NCBI GenBank assembly: GCA_040954595.2 | Contig: CM082588.2 | Location: 8,726,844 to 8,790,843 of the forward strand | Direction of reading: 5' to 3' | From: Balanoglossus misakiensis | Taxonomy: Eukaryota; Animalia; Hemichordata | DNA length: 64,000 nucleotides | Part shown: positions 12,743 to 25,000 of the stretch, piece after piece | Position numbering within the stretch: position 1 is the first letter of the stretch | Layout of the letters: every line of letters begins with the position of its first letter | The notes under the pieces: generated by a model | Told to the model about the DNA's origin: nothing | The model's database searches: none | The model's input: the letters and a program-made list of their open reading frames with translations, nothing else | Program-made: the position numbers and the translations under genes

Positions 12743-14200
12743 ATGGATCCAGATCCAACGAAGAACCGGCTCGCAGGCCGCACCATTGGGATACTACTAT
12801 TGGCATGTTGCGGATTCGCTGCAGTGTTGATCAACTACCTGGACATGGACAGCGTTCGTCGTCCACACGTGGCACTAAAGCCGACGATATCAGACTCCCG
12901 GTACATCCCGAAAGTCGACCACCGCGAACAACACGAGAAAATAGCCCATCGCATAGAACTGTTCAGGCAGCAGACCGCTATGGAAGAAGCCACGTGGAAA
13001 GAATTTGGAGTCAAGGAAAACACCTACTGGAAATCTTTGTCTCGTAACTCGTCGTTTGAAAGTTTGAAACGGGCGTTCACTGACGTCTTGTTAACTGGTC
13101 GAGAGCTGACAATCGGTTTGTCTGGAGGTTCTATATCAACAGGGGAATGCATCGGAGTCCAGAATGTGTATTTGGAGAAGTTAAAAAACAATTTGCAGTT
13201 TATTCTCGGTAGTCCTGTTGTTATCGAAAACGGTGCAATCGGTGCTACACAGTCGCTATTCCACGTTTACTGCATGGACACTTTCCTGAACTTGGATGCG
13301 CTCGACGTTTTGTTATGGGAGTTCGCGGCCAACGACAATGCTGCAGAAAGTCATTGCGCTCCCCAGGAAATGTTCACAATCAAAGCATTGGAGTTACCTA
13401 GGCAACTACAGCTGGTCTACATCAATTTCTACTTCTTACTCAAAGGGCAACCGTGTCTTGCCCGGGGCTACACCAACACTTGCAGCAAACCACTGATGCA
13501 ACACTACGATGTTCCATCGCTTGATTACCGACCTGTTGTGTGCGATTTGAACACCGCGGGATCTGATCGCAGCTTCCATTGCCAGTTCGGAGAAAATAAC
13601 GGCCACCCAGATTTAAAATTTCACGCCATCGCTGGCGCATACCTGTCACGTTTGTTTGTTGATGTTTTGGAAGATTCGCTGATCTCGTTACAAAGACGAC
13701 TGGATACGGGCTACGGGTCCGTAATTCAAAGACCTATGGAACGACCTGAGCTGCCGGACCCCATCTTCACATCCACGCAGATCTCTAACAGTCAATGTTG
13801 GTCCACCCAGATACCTGGAACAGGAAGGAACCATCCTCTTGTTGCGATCACTAATGGAACCTGGAAATTCCAGGTACGCAGCACAGGTCGAGGTCGGTTG
13901 GACAAGAAACACCTTTGGATATCCACAAAAGCTAATACCACAATAGTATTTGCAGTAAACATCAAACCTTATAAAACACAGAAAGCTGACGTTTACATTG
14001 CTGTCGAGAAATGTAAGGAGTGTGGAATTAGTAAAGTATGGATAGATGACCTCGAACCGGTCAACATTGACGCCATAGGTAAATACGCTGTAGGTGAAAT
14101 TGTCAAAATAGGCAGCAGTATATCCCCCGGGCAGCACGTTGTCCGTGTGCACGCGTCGACTCCTGGGTTTAAGGTGAAGGCGCTCTTGAGTGGCTACTAG
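12743..14200 (+). CDS. Intronless type II membrane SGNH/GDSL hydrolase-like protein (485 aa), candidate carbohydrate O-acetyl esterase or transferase
   Basis: Single ORF from ATG 12743. Short basic N-terminus and hydrophobic segment (IGILLLACCGFAAVLI). SGNH blocks GLSGGSIS, NGAIGAT, DVLLWEFAAND and NNGHP. Beta-rich C-terminal domain. Confidence 0.85.
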   Translation: MDPDPTKNRLAGRTIGILLLACCGFAAVLINYLDMDSVRRPHVALKPTISDSRYIPKVDHREQHEKIAHRIELFRQQTAMEEATWKEFGVKENTYWKSLSRNSSFESLKRAFTDVLLTGRELTIGLSGGSISTGECIGVQNVYLEKLKNNLQFILGSPVVIENGAIGATQSLFHVYCMDTFLNLDALDVLLWEFAANDNAAESHCAPQEMFTIKALELPRQLQLVYINFYFLLKGQPCLARGYTNTCSKPLMQHYDVPSLDYRPVVCDLNTAGSDRSFHCQFGENNGHPDLKFHAIAGAYLSRLFVDVLEDSLISLQRRLDTGYGSVIQRPMERPELPDPIFTSTQISNSQCWSTQIPGTGRNHPLVAITNGTWKFQVRSTGRGRLDKKHLWISTKANTTIVFAVNIKPYKTQKADVYIAVEKCKECGISKVWIDDLEPVNIDAIGKYAVGEIVKIGSSISPGQHVVRVHASTPGFKVKALLSGY

Positions 14201-14411
14201 ATCGACTAGGTGCTGAAGTAGCGACTTACAACAATGCTCGAGATTTTTTTAAGAGGGGGAAGGTGTCCAATTTTTGTAATTGGATATATAGTGAATCAAC
14301 GTTCGACCACACACAACTTCCATCCTGTTTGTAGGATATGAGAGAGTAAAACACCGACTGTCTATTTTGGTGAGTTTTTTACTCTCATATCATATCATAT
14401 CACTCATCATA

Positions 14412-17112
14412 TCAAATTCGGTTACAACTACTGTTTCATGATATGGTCAAATATTTGAGCCTTGTCAATCATTCCAACTTCAGATTTTCCAGAGGTTCTA
14501 CCCAGATATACCTCATCCACATTCATATATCAGTTCTAATGTATTTCTCATCACCAGGGTTACTGATGACTCATTTCTCAAAATAATTGTTGATCAAATT
14601 TAGCTTGTGCAGCCGGACTCTGAATAGAAACCTTGCGTGCTTTGCAATTACTTTATAACAGCACCAGATGTAACACTCATGTAAAATGATAATTCAAAGC
14701 AAAACATGCAAATGTAGCTGTACAGGTAGATGTTATCAACCATTAAAGTCACATGACTGTCGCTATGATAATAGTCACTAAATGTTTACTTTTTCTGCTT
14801 TGGAAACTTTGCCCAAAAGTACTTGCCAATTTCACAGGATCTCACAAAACTCATTTTCAGTTTTATTTAGAATGTTACAAGTTAATTGACTGTATTAAAA
14901 ATCAAAATGTCCTTAACATATTGTAAATATGTCTTAATAATATTAAATATTTTATTATTTTATTTATACCTTGAAATCATGTGATGTCATGTAAGAGTAG
15001 TGACGTTTCATGTTATCAGAGGACAGTTAAAAATGTATTCACTTTATTACAATTTTAAATATATCAGATCAGTGTCTCTTCTGTATGATCTCTGAAAATG
15101 GTGTTATTTATTGTTAATATTTTCCAATAGTATTTGTCTTTGATAGGTTTAGTTTACAGCCCTGTCCGATGGAGTATTTTAGCAACACAACATGTCTAAC
15201 ATGTTATTTAAGGGACAAAGTCTCTCTCTCTCGCTGCCGTTTTTCCATTGATTATGTTTGATACAAGACACTGTTTATGTTATTCTTCATGTGGATATAT
15301 AGTGAATCAACTTTCGACCACAAACAACTTCCATCCTGCATGTATGATATGAGAGTAAAAATCTTGCCAAAATGAATAAATGGTAGAGACCGATTATTCA
15401 TTTTGGCGAGTTTTTTCACTCTCATGTTTACAAGCAGGATGGAAGTTGTGTGTGGTCGAATGTTAATTCACTATATATCCACATGTACATTAACATAACA
15501 AGTGTCTTGTATCAAACATAATTAATGGTAAAAGGGCAGCGAGAGAGACTTTGTCCCTTTAAACTTGTGTTGTTGCCATGCCTACATGTAGCATAGATAA
15601 GAAGTGAAAAGAAACTTCAAAAGATTCCTATTTCCATGGAAGGTAAAATAAACTTGAAGAATTATGGTCAACATTTGTGTAATCTGTGTATTATTTGTCT
15701 TTTGTTTGTTGGATTTTGGTCAGAATTTTTATAAAATTTATACTCTGTTATATGTATACACCAATCATTAAAGCTCCATTAGCTTTAAAGCCTCAATAGC
15801 TGCAACATTTACCATATATTTACTTATTGAAATACTTCAATATTCTCTTTGTCCTTAGTCGACAAATGACACTATTTCGACTTTGTGGGGATTTTAATAC
15901 CCATATGCACATACACCACAAAAGTGGTGTACTATTGCAAAGGGCAGTTGAATAAACGGGTGTGGCACCAGTTTATTATTTAGCTTGTTCACATTTGAAT
16001 GTACAGCCACAATCAGAGGTTGATAAAGTGTGTGTGTATACTAGTACCCACCAGTAAACTGACTTAAGGATGTACGCGCAGAACGTACACTGGTTAACAG
16101 CGAGCATGTGTCTCTTTCCCATAGGATTACATTGATAATTGCTAGAAAACTTACTTCTATACTATTGTCATTTTCACAATTTTTTTACAGTAAACTCAGT
16201 AAAGTAAAAAATAAATTCATTAGTCAAATAAAATAGTGAGGTCACCGCACTCTATTTTGCGATAAACTTAGCTAAAAAATTTCCCCATAGACAAACCATT
16301 GGTGAAAAATGCTGAGTCGGCAGTTTTCAACAGTTACTATTATCATGGTATTATCGACTAAATTCATGGCTCTGTATTTCAAAAACAAGCGCGGCTGAAC
16401 GTACATCCTTGAATTTGTAAATTGAACGTAAATGTATATGTAACTCATCTGTATAATGTATGGGAGCCCAGTTCTGTTACTGTTTGTAGGTCTGGAAGTG
16501 TTAGGGTTCTCAGATAACAGTCTGACTGTGTCAGCTTACTCGCACGTTGTAATAGGGCCTATGGTTGCAATAAAAAGGTGTGTGTAGGTTTCAACATGGA
16601 CGTCCATGGTTTCAAATACACGCACCTCTTTGTCTCCTGTCTATTCAGCCATAGACCCTAGGGTCTATGATTCAGCTAATGACACGCGGGACTTTGCCGA
16701 TTTTTGACAACCAAAGCACATTTCACATAGTTCATTAAATGATTCGTCTTTTCTTCCCCGAAAATGAGATTAAGTGCAAAATTCCGAAAGTCAAAGTATT
16801 TCAAAGTGTATGTCATAGTTCTACCCGGCTAGGCAATGCGTTCTACGCGTGTACGTCTGCCGATTCTAAGCTAATCTCCTGACACACATGGATCTTCCCT
16901 CCATTTGAATCCCAACTTCTGTGCATCGAGCGATTTATTTATTTGGCACATCACGGCCACTCGGTACAGTAACGGGTTGAGTTCAAACGCAAGTATTTAA
17001 AATGTTAGTAAAATGACTTGAAGTATGAAGATCATCGGATGTCAATGCTGCGATTCTTCACATACCATGATTACAGCACATTACGTAAGCCCTTTGCCTA
17101 TGTGCTTTGTCT
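14412..17112 (+). repeat. Segmental duplication, copy 2
   Basis: Direct repeat of 9195-12510; offset 5217 before the nested insertion and about 4610-4620 after it. Confidence 0.95.
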
Positions 17113-17995
17113 ACAGCCAATCATACATTTCGTACGTCCGCATTTCTTTTTCCGTTTTCTTCTTATTGCTGTCAGATTGTATGATCTTTGACGTCTGTTT
17201 TAGTTCTTTCAAATGTCAATTTGGCAAGCATGCCAATCCTTTATCAGCAAATTTTGGGAAAAATACTTTGATAGTGCATTGTGGACACTCTGGTGTTCCG
17301 CGACCAGAGGTCGCAGAGCGCTGCAGCACTTGCACAGCACACAACTAAATCTTTCAGTTGAGAACTTTGATACATTTCCCAAAAATGAGTGACCCCCCCC
17401 CCCTCTTCATCTACAATTTTTGAGACCCCCCCCCTGCAGCCTTCCAATTTTTGAGAACCCCCCCCCCCTTGATTCCTCCGACCCCCCCCCCCAGGCCATA
17501 AATAATGACGGCTCCCTTAGCGCGAGCTGAATTTGCCATGCTGTTCTGCTCAAAGACAAATCTAGAAGTCAGCTGCAACAGATGCTGCATTTTTATCCTT
17601 ATTCGTGCACAGTTATCCCCCAATAATGTATTCGTAACCGGAAGCATTGTATTAGTTTCTTGCTGGTTATTACAAACGGGTCTGAATTCTTCGATATCAC
17701 ATGACGTCAGACGCGCTCAGGAACAGTTACGTTGGCATTCAAATCTCCAGCTGACGGGCAACTTCAACAACGTGGTGCAGACAAAGACTGTGCAGACGAA
17801 ACGCCATGAGGCTGATGAGGCAACATACCCGATACATGTTATGTGTTTTGCGGTTCTAAAGTAAAAACATACTCGGATTTTTTTAGTGGATGTCGAAATA
17901 TTGCTTGCCCGTCACCTGGAAATGACAACGCCGTGGGTCACATGGCCAGATCACGTGATTGATAGTCAAGAATATCACACTCGCATGATTCATAC

Positions 17996-18205
17996 CTGAG
18001 AGACATGCTGAGGTTTCACATATTGAAGGTAGCAATGACATGCATGTGGTCATGCCCCATGGATAGTCAGACTCCATCAAATGGAGTTGTGTACAGTTTC
18101 CAAGTGTGTTATCCGGTTGGCCTCTTCCCCAGTTGCCCTCAAGTACATTTGCTTCACGACCGTCCGCCCAGAAATAACTCCTATTGTCATCCGGGTCGTG
18201 AAAAC
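17996..18205 (-). CDS. Isolated 210-nt phase 1-1 exon encoding the C-terminal half of a C-type lectin domain (possibly pseudogenic)
   Basis: Minus-strand acceptor ttttctttggtacgtctgcag and donor g|gtatga. Translation GFHDPDDNRSYFWADG...NWGRGQPDNTLGNCTQL...WGMTTC....SICE fits the CTLD pattern with a QPD motif. Confidence 0.7.
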
Positions 18206-19020
18206 CTGCAGACGTACCAAAGAAAAGTCGGTGTGATGCATTTTGGTGCAAGTGTTGGCCTACGATGGCCTTCACTGTAGAGCATGTCAATCCACAGACC
18301 CCTACTCGGCCGGTGAAAACGACCAGACTTAAAATGAAGCAGTTTCTTAAGTACTACCACCATTTTTCCTGTCATCACTGTCACCAGATAAATATAAAAG
18401 GGTCTTAAAAAATATAATTAACGGAAATACTGCAGTAGAGGTGTGGCTTCGTCGGGGTGTACGCGCAGAACAAAAACCATAAAACTGCGCGCACCCGTCT
18501 TTTCCCCCATAGGATTACAGTGATAATCGCTAGAAAACAAACTTCTGCAATTGTCAATTTCACGAAATTTTACGCATAGCTTAGTCCAGTAAATATAAAT
18601 TCATTGGTCACTTAAAATATAAGGGTCACCTTGCTCTATTTTGAGATAAATTGCGTTAAAAACTTTGCCCATAGACAGAACATTGGTGAAAAATGCTGAC
18701 TGCGATTTTTTTCTATTATCGACTAAATTCATGGTTCTGTATTCCATAAACAAGCACGGTGACCCCTATATTTTATTACAGATTTTCATTAAACATACAA
18801 AGAAGAACCAAAAATCCACAATTAAAACAAAATACAATACTTTCAATTTTACTGAACGTACATCCTTAAGGCGACGAGACATCAATGACATGTCATGCTG
18901 ACTTTTATTACGAGAGAGAATGCAATTGACGATTCAAACTGAATGAAGTTAATTCAGAACTGAGCGGAAATGAACGCTTATGAATGATGCGGCAAATACG
19001 GTAATAATGTGGCATAGTTA

Positions 19021-19309
19021 GGCCAAATAAAAACTATGTGCTGTTTCGATTACATTGTGTGTGTTTTTTAAATAGGGTAGGTAGGTAGGGATTTCTCTGG
19101 CCGCCAGTTTAGGTGAATGACGTCATAGTTATTGCGTGATGCACGCGATTTCGTTATAGTTATCGCGTGATTCTCGCAATTTTCAGAAATTTTACATCGT
19201 TATTTTTACTTCCAGGTTTACGAAGCTCTAAAAAGTTTAGGGTCGACGGGTTAAAATTAGGGTAGGTCGGGTAATCGAAAAAGCACATACATGTATTTTT
19301 ATTTTGGCC
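19021..19309. mobile_element. MITE family D (ggccaaa ends, cctaccctaat internal motif)
   Basis: ggccaaataaaaactatgtgctgtttcgattac ... gtaatcgaaaaagcacata..ttttattttggcc|ttaa; related copies near 2825-3112 and 19912-20178. Confidence 0.7.
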
Positions 19310-19313
19310 TTAA

Positions 19314-19813
19314 AGGTACATGAGCTGCAACTGGATAAAAAATTAAGGTTTTAAATAATCTCATATATGCTTTTAATAATGTATATTAAATTATATTTCA
19401 TAATAATATATCAAGCTCAACACTATGACAAAATGGCCAAAAATGAAAGAAAAACGAAAATTCCTGCAATTATTAAAAAGTGCAATTTTGCAATGAAAAA
19501 AAGGAAAATATAATGTCTCAGCGGTGTACATTTACTTCCATGAGCTCAAGTGGATGAAATCATGTTTCGTTTATGAAGTCTCATAACCGGAAATGCAACA
19601 TTTTCATTGTTTCTTGCATTTTCCCATGGCGGCGGCCATAATCGCTTGCGGCAAAGCTTTATTATTTATCTGGTTAAAACTTGCATATGCACTCATATTT
19701 AGGGTTTATAATGCTTGTGTATAGTTCACTGCCTTCATCTGCATGGACTAATGGTAGTACAGTTTGAAACAAAAATTATGAAAATTATCCCAAAAGTTAC
19801 AGCTTACGTGCCC
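19314..19813. mobile_element. TTAA-flanked non-autonomous element (Kolobok-like), family E
   Basis: ttaa|aggtacatgagctgcaact ... agttacagcttacgtgccc|ttaa; imperfect TIRs. Confidence 0.6.
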
Positions 19814-21254
19814 TTAAGCTTCCGACTGTCGCAGTGCGGGGTCATCAACTGTATAATATATGATCATGATGATATGGCAACTTGAATACCATGAACATGA
19901 TAGAGTAGAAAGGCCAAAAAAAAAATATGTGCTGTTTCGATTACCCGACCTACCCTAATTTTAACCCGCCAACCCTAAGCTTTTTAGAGCTTCGTAAACC
20001 CGGGAGTAAAAATAACGATGTGAAATATACACAATTAATGAAAATTGCGCGAATCATGATGAAATCACGCGCATCACGCAAGAACTATGATGTCATTCTT
20101 CTCCACTTCGGCGGCCAGAGAATTAAACCAAAATTGCAAAATAAAAAGAAATTCCCTACCTACGTACCTACCTACCCAGTAAATAGGTGTGTCTCAATTT
20201 CAAATTTACACGTACCTCTTTGTCTACTTTCTATGGTTCAGCTAATGACATGCGGGGACTTTATTCTCAAATTACTGCCGATTTTTGACAACCAAAGCAC
20301 ATTTTCACATAGTTCATTAAATGTTTCGTCTTTTCTTCCCCGAAAATGAGATGAAACGAAGTGCCAAATTCCGAAAGTCAAAGTATTTCAAAGTGTATGT
20401 CATTGTTCTACCCAGCTAGGCAATGCGTTCTACACGTGCACGTGTACGCCTGCCGATTCTAAGCTTATTTCCTGACACACGGGGATTTTTCCCTCCTGGA
20501 CCATTTTACTGCCGACTTTTGTACAGCAATGCACATTTCACATATTCCATCGAAGGACTAATCTGTTCCGCAGAAAATGTAGATGAGAGGACAAAGAAAG
20601 GGCAAATTTCTGAAATATTTCTGAGCATCCTCGCTAGCTACATACGATTATATTACCATGGCCTGTGCCGTTCATGAACTACGGTCGCTGCACACCTAGC
20701 GACACACTCACCTCGACTGGGACACTGACCTCAACAATGCGGACATACTGTAAACTATTTAGTTTGAATTGAGAGATTTTTTTCATGACGAACGAATTCA
20801 TTGCTTATTGTGCAATGGTACGGGCACAGTCACGTGAGAGGTACGGGGATATACATTACAACTTAAAAACGGTGATATTCTGAGCGCTCGGTACATTGCA
20901 ATGGATCAATAGCTTCCACCACAGTCCCTCAAGAAAGAGGGACTGTGGCTTGAAGTATGACCTTAGTCAATGCATACCATTACAGCACATTACGTAAGCG
21001 CTTTGTCTACGGACAGAGAAGATGACAATGCGACCCGATCAACAAATACAGTACACCGTTACATGTCAGTGGTGAGTGACCTTGTTGTACAGAAGAAAGA
21101 TTAGGGATGTAGGCCTATTAGTACCAGTCTAGACAAAACAAAATTAGCAAACGTGTGAGGCGAGATCTGAATTTTCAGGCCACCATTCAGTTATTGAACA
21201 GACTCTGTCCCCTTCTCCCAGGGCGTATGGTTATTGGAAGGAAATGTTGTCAAC

Positions 21255-22681
21255 ATGAATCAAGATCCAACGAAGAACCGGCTCGCAGGCCGCACCATTG
21301 GGATACTACTATTGGCATGTTGCGGATTCGCCGCAGTGTTGATCAACTACCTGGACGTGGACAGCGTTCGTCGTCCACACGTGGCACTAAAGCCGACGAC
21401 TTCAGACGACATCCCGAAAGTCGACCACCGCGAACAACACGAGAAAATAGCCCATCGCATAGAACTGTTCAGGCAGCAGACCGCCATGGAAGAAGCCACG
21501 TGGAAAGAATTTGGAGTCAAGGAAAACACCTACTGGAAATCTTTGTCTCGTAACACGTCGTTTGAAAGTTTGAAACGGGCGTTCACTGACGTCTTGTTAA
21601 CTGGTCGAGAGCTGACAATCGGTTTGAATGCATCGGAGTCCAGAATGTGTATTTGGAGAAGTTAAAAAACAATTTGCAGTTTATTCTCGGTAGTCCTGTT
21701 GTTATCGAAAACGGTGCAATCGGGGCTACACAGTCGCTATTCCACGTTTACTGCATGGACACTTTCCTGAACTTGGATGCGCTCGACGTTTTGTTATGGG
21801 AGTTCGCGGCCAACGACAATGCTGCAGAAAGTCATTGCGCTCCCCAGGAAATGTTCACAATCAAAGCATTGGAGTTACCTAGGCAACTACAGCTGGTCTA
21901 CATCAATTTCTACTTCTTACTCAAAGGGCAACCGTGTCTTGCCCGGGGCTACACCAACACTTGCAGCAAACCACTGATGCAACACTACGATGTTCCATCG
22001 CTTGATTACCGACCTGTCGTGTGCGATTTGACCACCGCGGGATCTGATCGCAGCTTCCATTGCCAGTTCGGAGAAAATAACGGCCACCCAGATTTAAAAT
22101 TTCACGCCATCGCTGGCGCATACCTGTCACGTTTGTTTGTTGATGTTTTGGAAGATTCCCTGATCTCGTTACGAAGACGACCCGATATGGGCTACGGGTC
22201 CGTAATTCAAAGACCTATGGAACGACCTGAGCTGCCGGACCCCATCTTCACATCCACGCAGATCTCTAACAGTCAATGTTGGTCCACCCAGATACCTGGA
22301 ACAGGAAGGAACCATCCTCCTGTTGCGATCACTAATGGAACCTGGAAATTCCAGGTACGCAGCACAGGTCGAGGTCGGTTGGACAAGAAACACGTTTGGA
22401 TATCCACAAAAGCTAATACCACAATAGTATTTGCAGTAAACATCAAACCTTATAAAACACAGAAAGCTGACGTTTACATTGCTGTCGAGAAATGTAAGGA
22501 GTGTGGAATTAGTAAAGTATGGATAGATGACCTCGAACCGGTCAACATTGACGCCATAGGTAAATACGCTGTAGGTGAAATTGTCAAAATAGGCAGCAGT
22601 GTATACCCCGGGCAGCACGTTGTCCGTGTGCACGCGTCGACTCCTGGGTTTAAGGTGAAGGCGCTCTTGAGTGGCTACTAG
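21255..22681 (+). pseudogene. Frameshifted duplicate of the SGNH-like gene
   Basis: Collinear with 12743-14200 but lacks tctggaggttctatatcaacagggg (13121-13145, 25 nt) at the 21626/21627 junction, splitting it into ORFs 21234-21665 and 21647-22681; also a 6-nt in-frame deletion near 21405. Confidence 0.88.
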
Positions 22682-22864
22682 ATCGACTAGGTGCTGAAAT
22701 AGCAACTTACAACAATGCTCGAGATTTTTTGTCTATAAAGTTTTGTAATTGGGGAATAGTTTAAGGCCAAGTTACTAGTTAAATTTACAACAGTGCTAGC
22801 CTCAACACATTTTCTGTGCGCTTTGTGTATTTTAAAGAGAGCTATCAGTTCAAACGAGGAGCTA

Positions 22865-23752
22865 CTGTAAACCTGGAAATTTTTTGCGCAGTTTTTTTTT
22901 TCGCGCAATTTCGCGCTGGATCGTGAGCGCGAATTTAAAGCTGCGCATATGTTTTCAATGCCCCCAAATGCGGCGTACGATACGACGATACGTTGTACCT
23001 GCTTCCTTGTTTACACTTCACTATACACGCTTATACATCGGACGCTGTCAAAATAACTAACCACTGCGCGTGTTCTGGCTTGAGCTCCGACAAACGAGAC
23101 TTTGACTTCGGAAATCGGAGCATCATCATCGCTGAGCTGCTGGAAAATGCTTCAGAGAATGTCTTTGAAAAACGGCTCGTTGACGGCAAGATCGAGTGGC
23201 GATGCGTGTACAAATTACCGCGATTGATTTCTTGGGTCATGTAGAAAAATAGAGACGTTTACAGAGGCTCTGTGTTTGTAAAATTACGATTTCGTTACGT
23301 TTGAAAATTCTTCAGAATCGTGCACAAAGTTGTTTGAAATTTTGGAACTACTTGGACGTCGTACTGAAGACAAGTTGGCTAGAACGTCATTTATTTTTAT
23401 TAGCAGGAATGAGGAAACACGTAGCGATCACAGTAAAGTGACCTTTGAACTCGATTCCAAAGACAACACAAGATCAGAGACACGGACTTGTTTTGGCATG
23501 ATGCTGTTTTATTCGTATATCAAAATCACTTTAGAAACGAAGGTTCTTGTAATTAGTGGCGGGTAATACAAATAGAGTTGGGGAGGACGGCACTGACACG
23601 GTGCCGACAAAGTTGCACTGTTGGTCAATTGCTTTGTCTTCAACACAATGGTTTCTCTCACGTCGTCTTGCGCTAAAATTAAACTGCGCGTTATCAGCTG
23701 GCCCTCCCAAAGCGCGAAAAAAAAAACTGCGCATTCATTTCCAGGTTTACAG
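22865..23752. mobile_element. Non-autonomous Tc1/mariner-like element
   Basis: ta|ctgtaaacctggaaat...tgcgcagtttttttttcgcgc and gcgcgaaaaaaaaaactgcgca...atttccaggtttacag|ta: long TIRs and TA TSD; no transposase ORF. Confidence 0.85.
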
Positions 23753-24348
23753 TATGTCGAACCTTTGGGGGGGATCGCGCGGGGGGGGGGGGGGTAATCA
23801 CACTTGAAAATTGCGGCTGTAGAGCGAGGGTCACATTTTGTAAAATCGGAAATGTGACGAAATGTCAAATTCAGGTCATTGATCTGTGGCAGTGCGTCAG
23901 TCATGGCGAAAAAAATGCATGGATAATAAATAAGGCTATTAGGTACCAGGAGCAAGAAAGCCGTTAAAACGTGTATACAATGCATATTTTATAACTGTCG
24001 GTTAATAACAGTGTAATAATTCAACGCTTGTGGTTCATTTCTTAAGTGTAGGCGTATTGTTTCATATTATTTTTGTATTGTGGATAGACGTTGACCAAAG
24101 AACCTTCGGACAATTTCGTCTATTTGGGTATTTGTGCTATGAACACCTGGTGACGTTTCTTGATCTACCCTTAGAGAGGAGCCTGGTAACATAAGGACAA
24201 AAGTGGGAAGGTCACGTTTGAGCAATGGGCAGTAGAGGGGGGGCGGCACCTTTGGGGGGGGGGGGTCACCTTTGGCCGACCGAGCACACAATTCGCCCGC
24301 TCCGACACGCATTCTATAAATGACTGAAAGCACCCTTAGCTGTAACTA

Positions 24349-24780
24349 GAAAGTAAATACTAGTATAGCAACGCATTCGCAGAAATTTGCACATTTTGTG
24401 TCTGTCAGAATTCTTATTTGATGCATTCGTTTTATATTGATTTGTTTGTAATGTGTGTTCCTCCGCGGATGTAGCGAGTTGGTTTGTTTTCAGTCTTTCG
24501 AAACTGAATAAAAAAGTTTCTACCATTCATACAAAAATTGTTTCTAATGGTGTCAGTGGTAGACAAATCGCACAATTAAATTACATTTCCTTCGACGCCC
24601 AAAATAAAATTGGTCAACTCTTGCAGTGATTGGATTGGGTTTCGAATGAATACGTTTCACACAAGATTGAGCGTTTATTGTGTGAGTCTCATTACCATTA
24701 ACATTAAAAAAAGTAAAATATGTTTTTCGCAAAACATATTTTTGAGTGGATTCTTGTTAGGGCAAATGCACATTAATTTC
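24349..24780 (+). repeat. Dispersed ~430-bp repeat also present at the start of both large tandem units
   Basis: gaaagtaaatac..tagtatagcaacgcattc...ggcaaatgcacattaatttc matches about 36198-36600 and 52963-53370. Confidence 0.85.
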
Positions 24781-24939
24781 TTACATGTCTCCTATGGGGT
24801 TGGGCAGCCAAATCAATAAGTCACTTTCATTAAGTCACGCGATTTCGCTATTAAATCCGAGGGAACTAAACTTGTAGGGCTTCTAAAACGATTTGGGGAG
24901 GGCGATTTTTACCGCTTGGCTAAACCACTGTAGTACAGG

Positions 24940-25000
24940 TCAACTCCTGGGTGAGGGCGCTCTTGAGTGGCTATGAGGTCGACTTGGGTGCCGACGTAGC
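24940..25000 (+). pseudogene. Degenerate remnant of the 3' end of a third SGNH-like copy
   Basis: caactcctgggtgagggcgctcttgagtggctatgaggtcgacttgggtgccgacgtagc aligns with cgactcctgggtttaaggtgaaggcgctcttgagtggctactagatcgactaggtgctgaagtagc (14157-14222). Confidence 0.7.

Noticed and set aside
22993-23244. Transposase remnant inside the TA-flanked element
   Set aside because: Short ORFs with no HTH or DDE/D motif that I can recognise.
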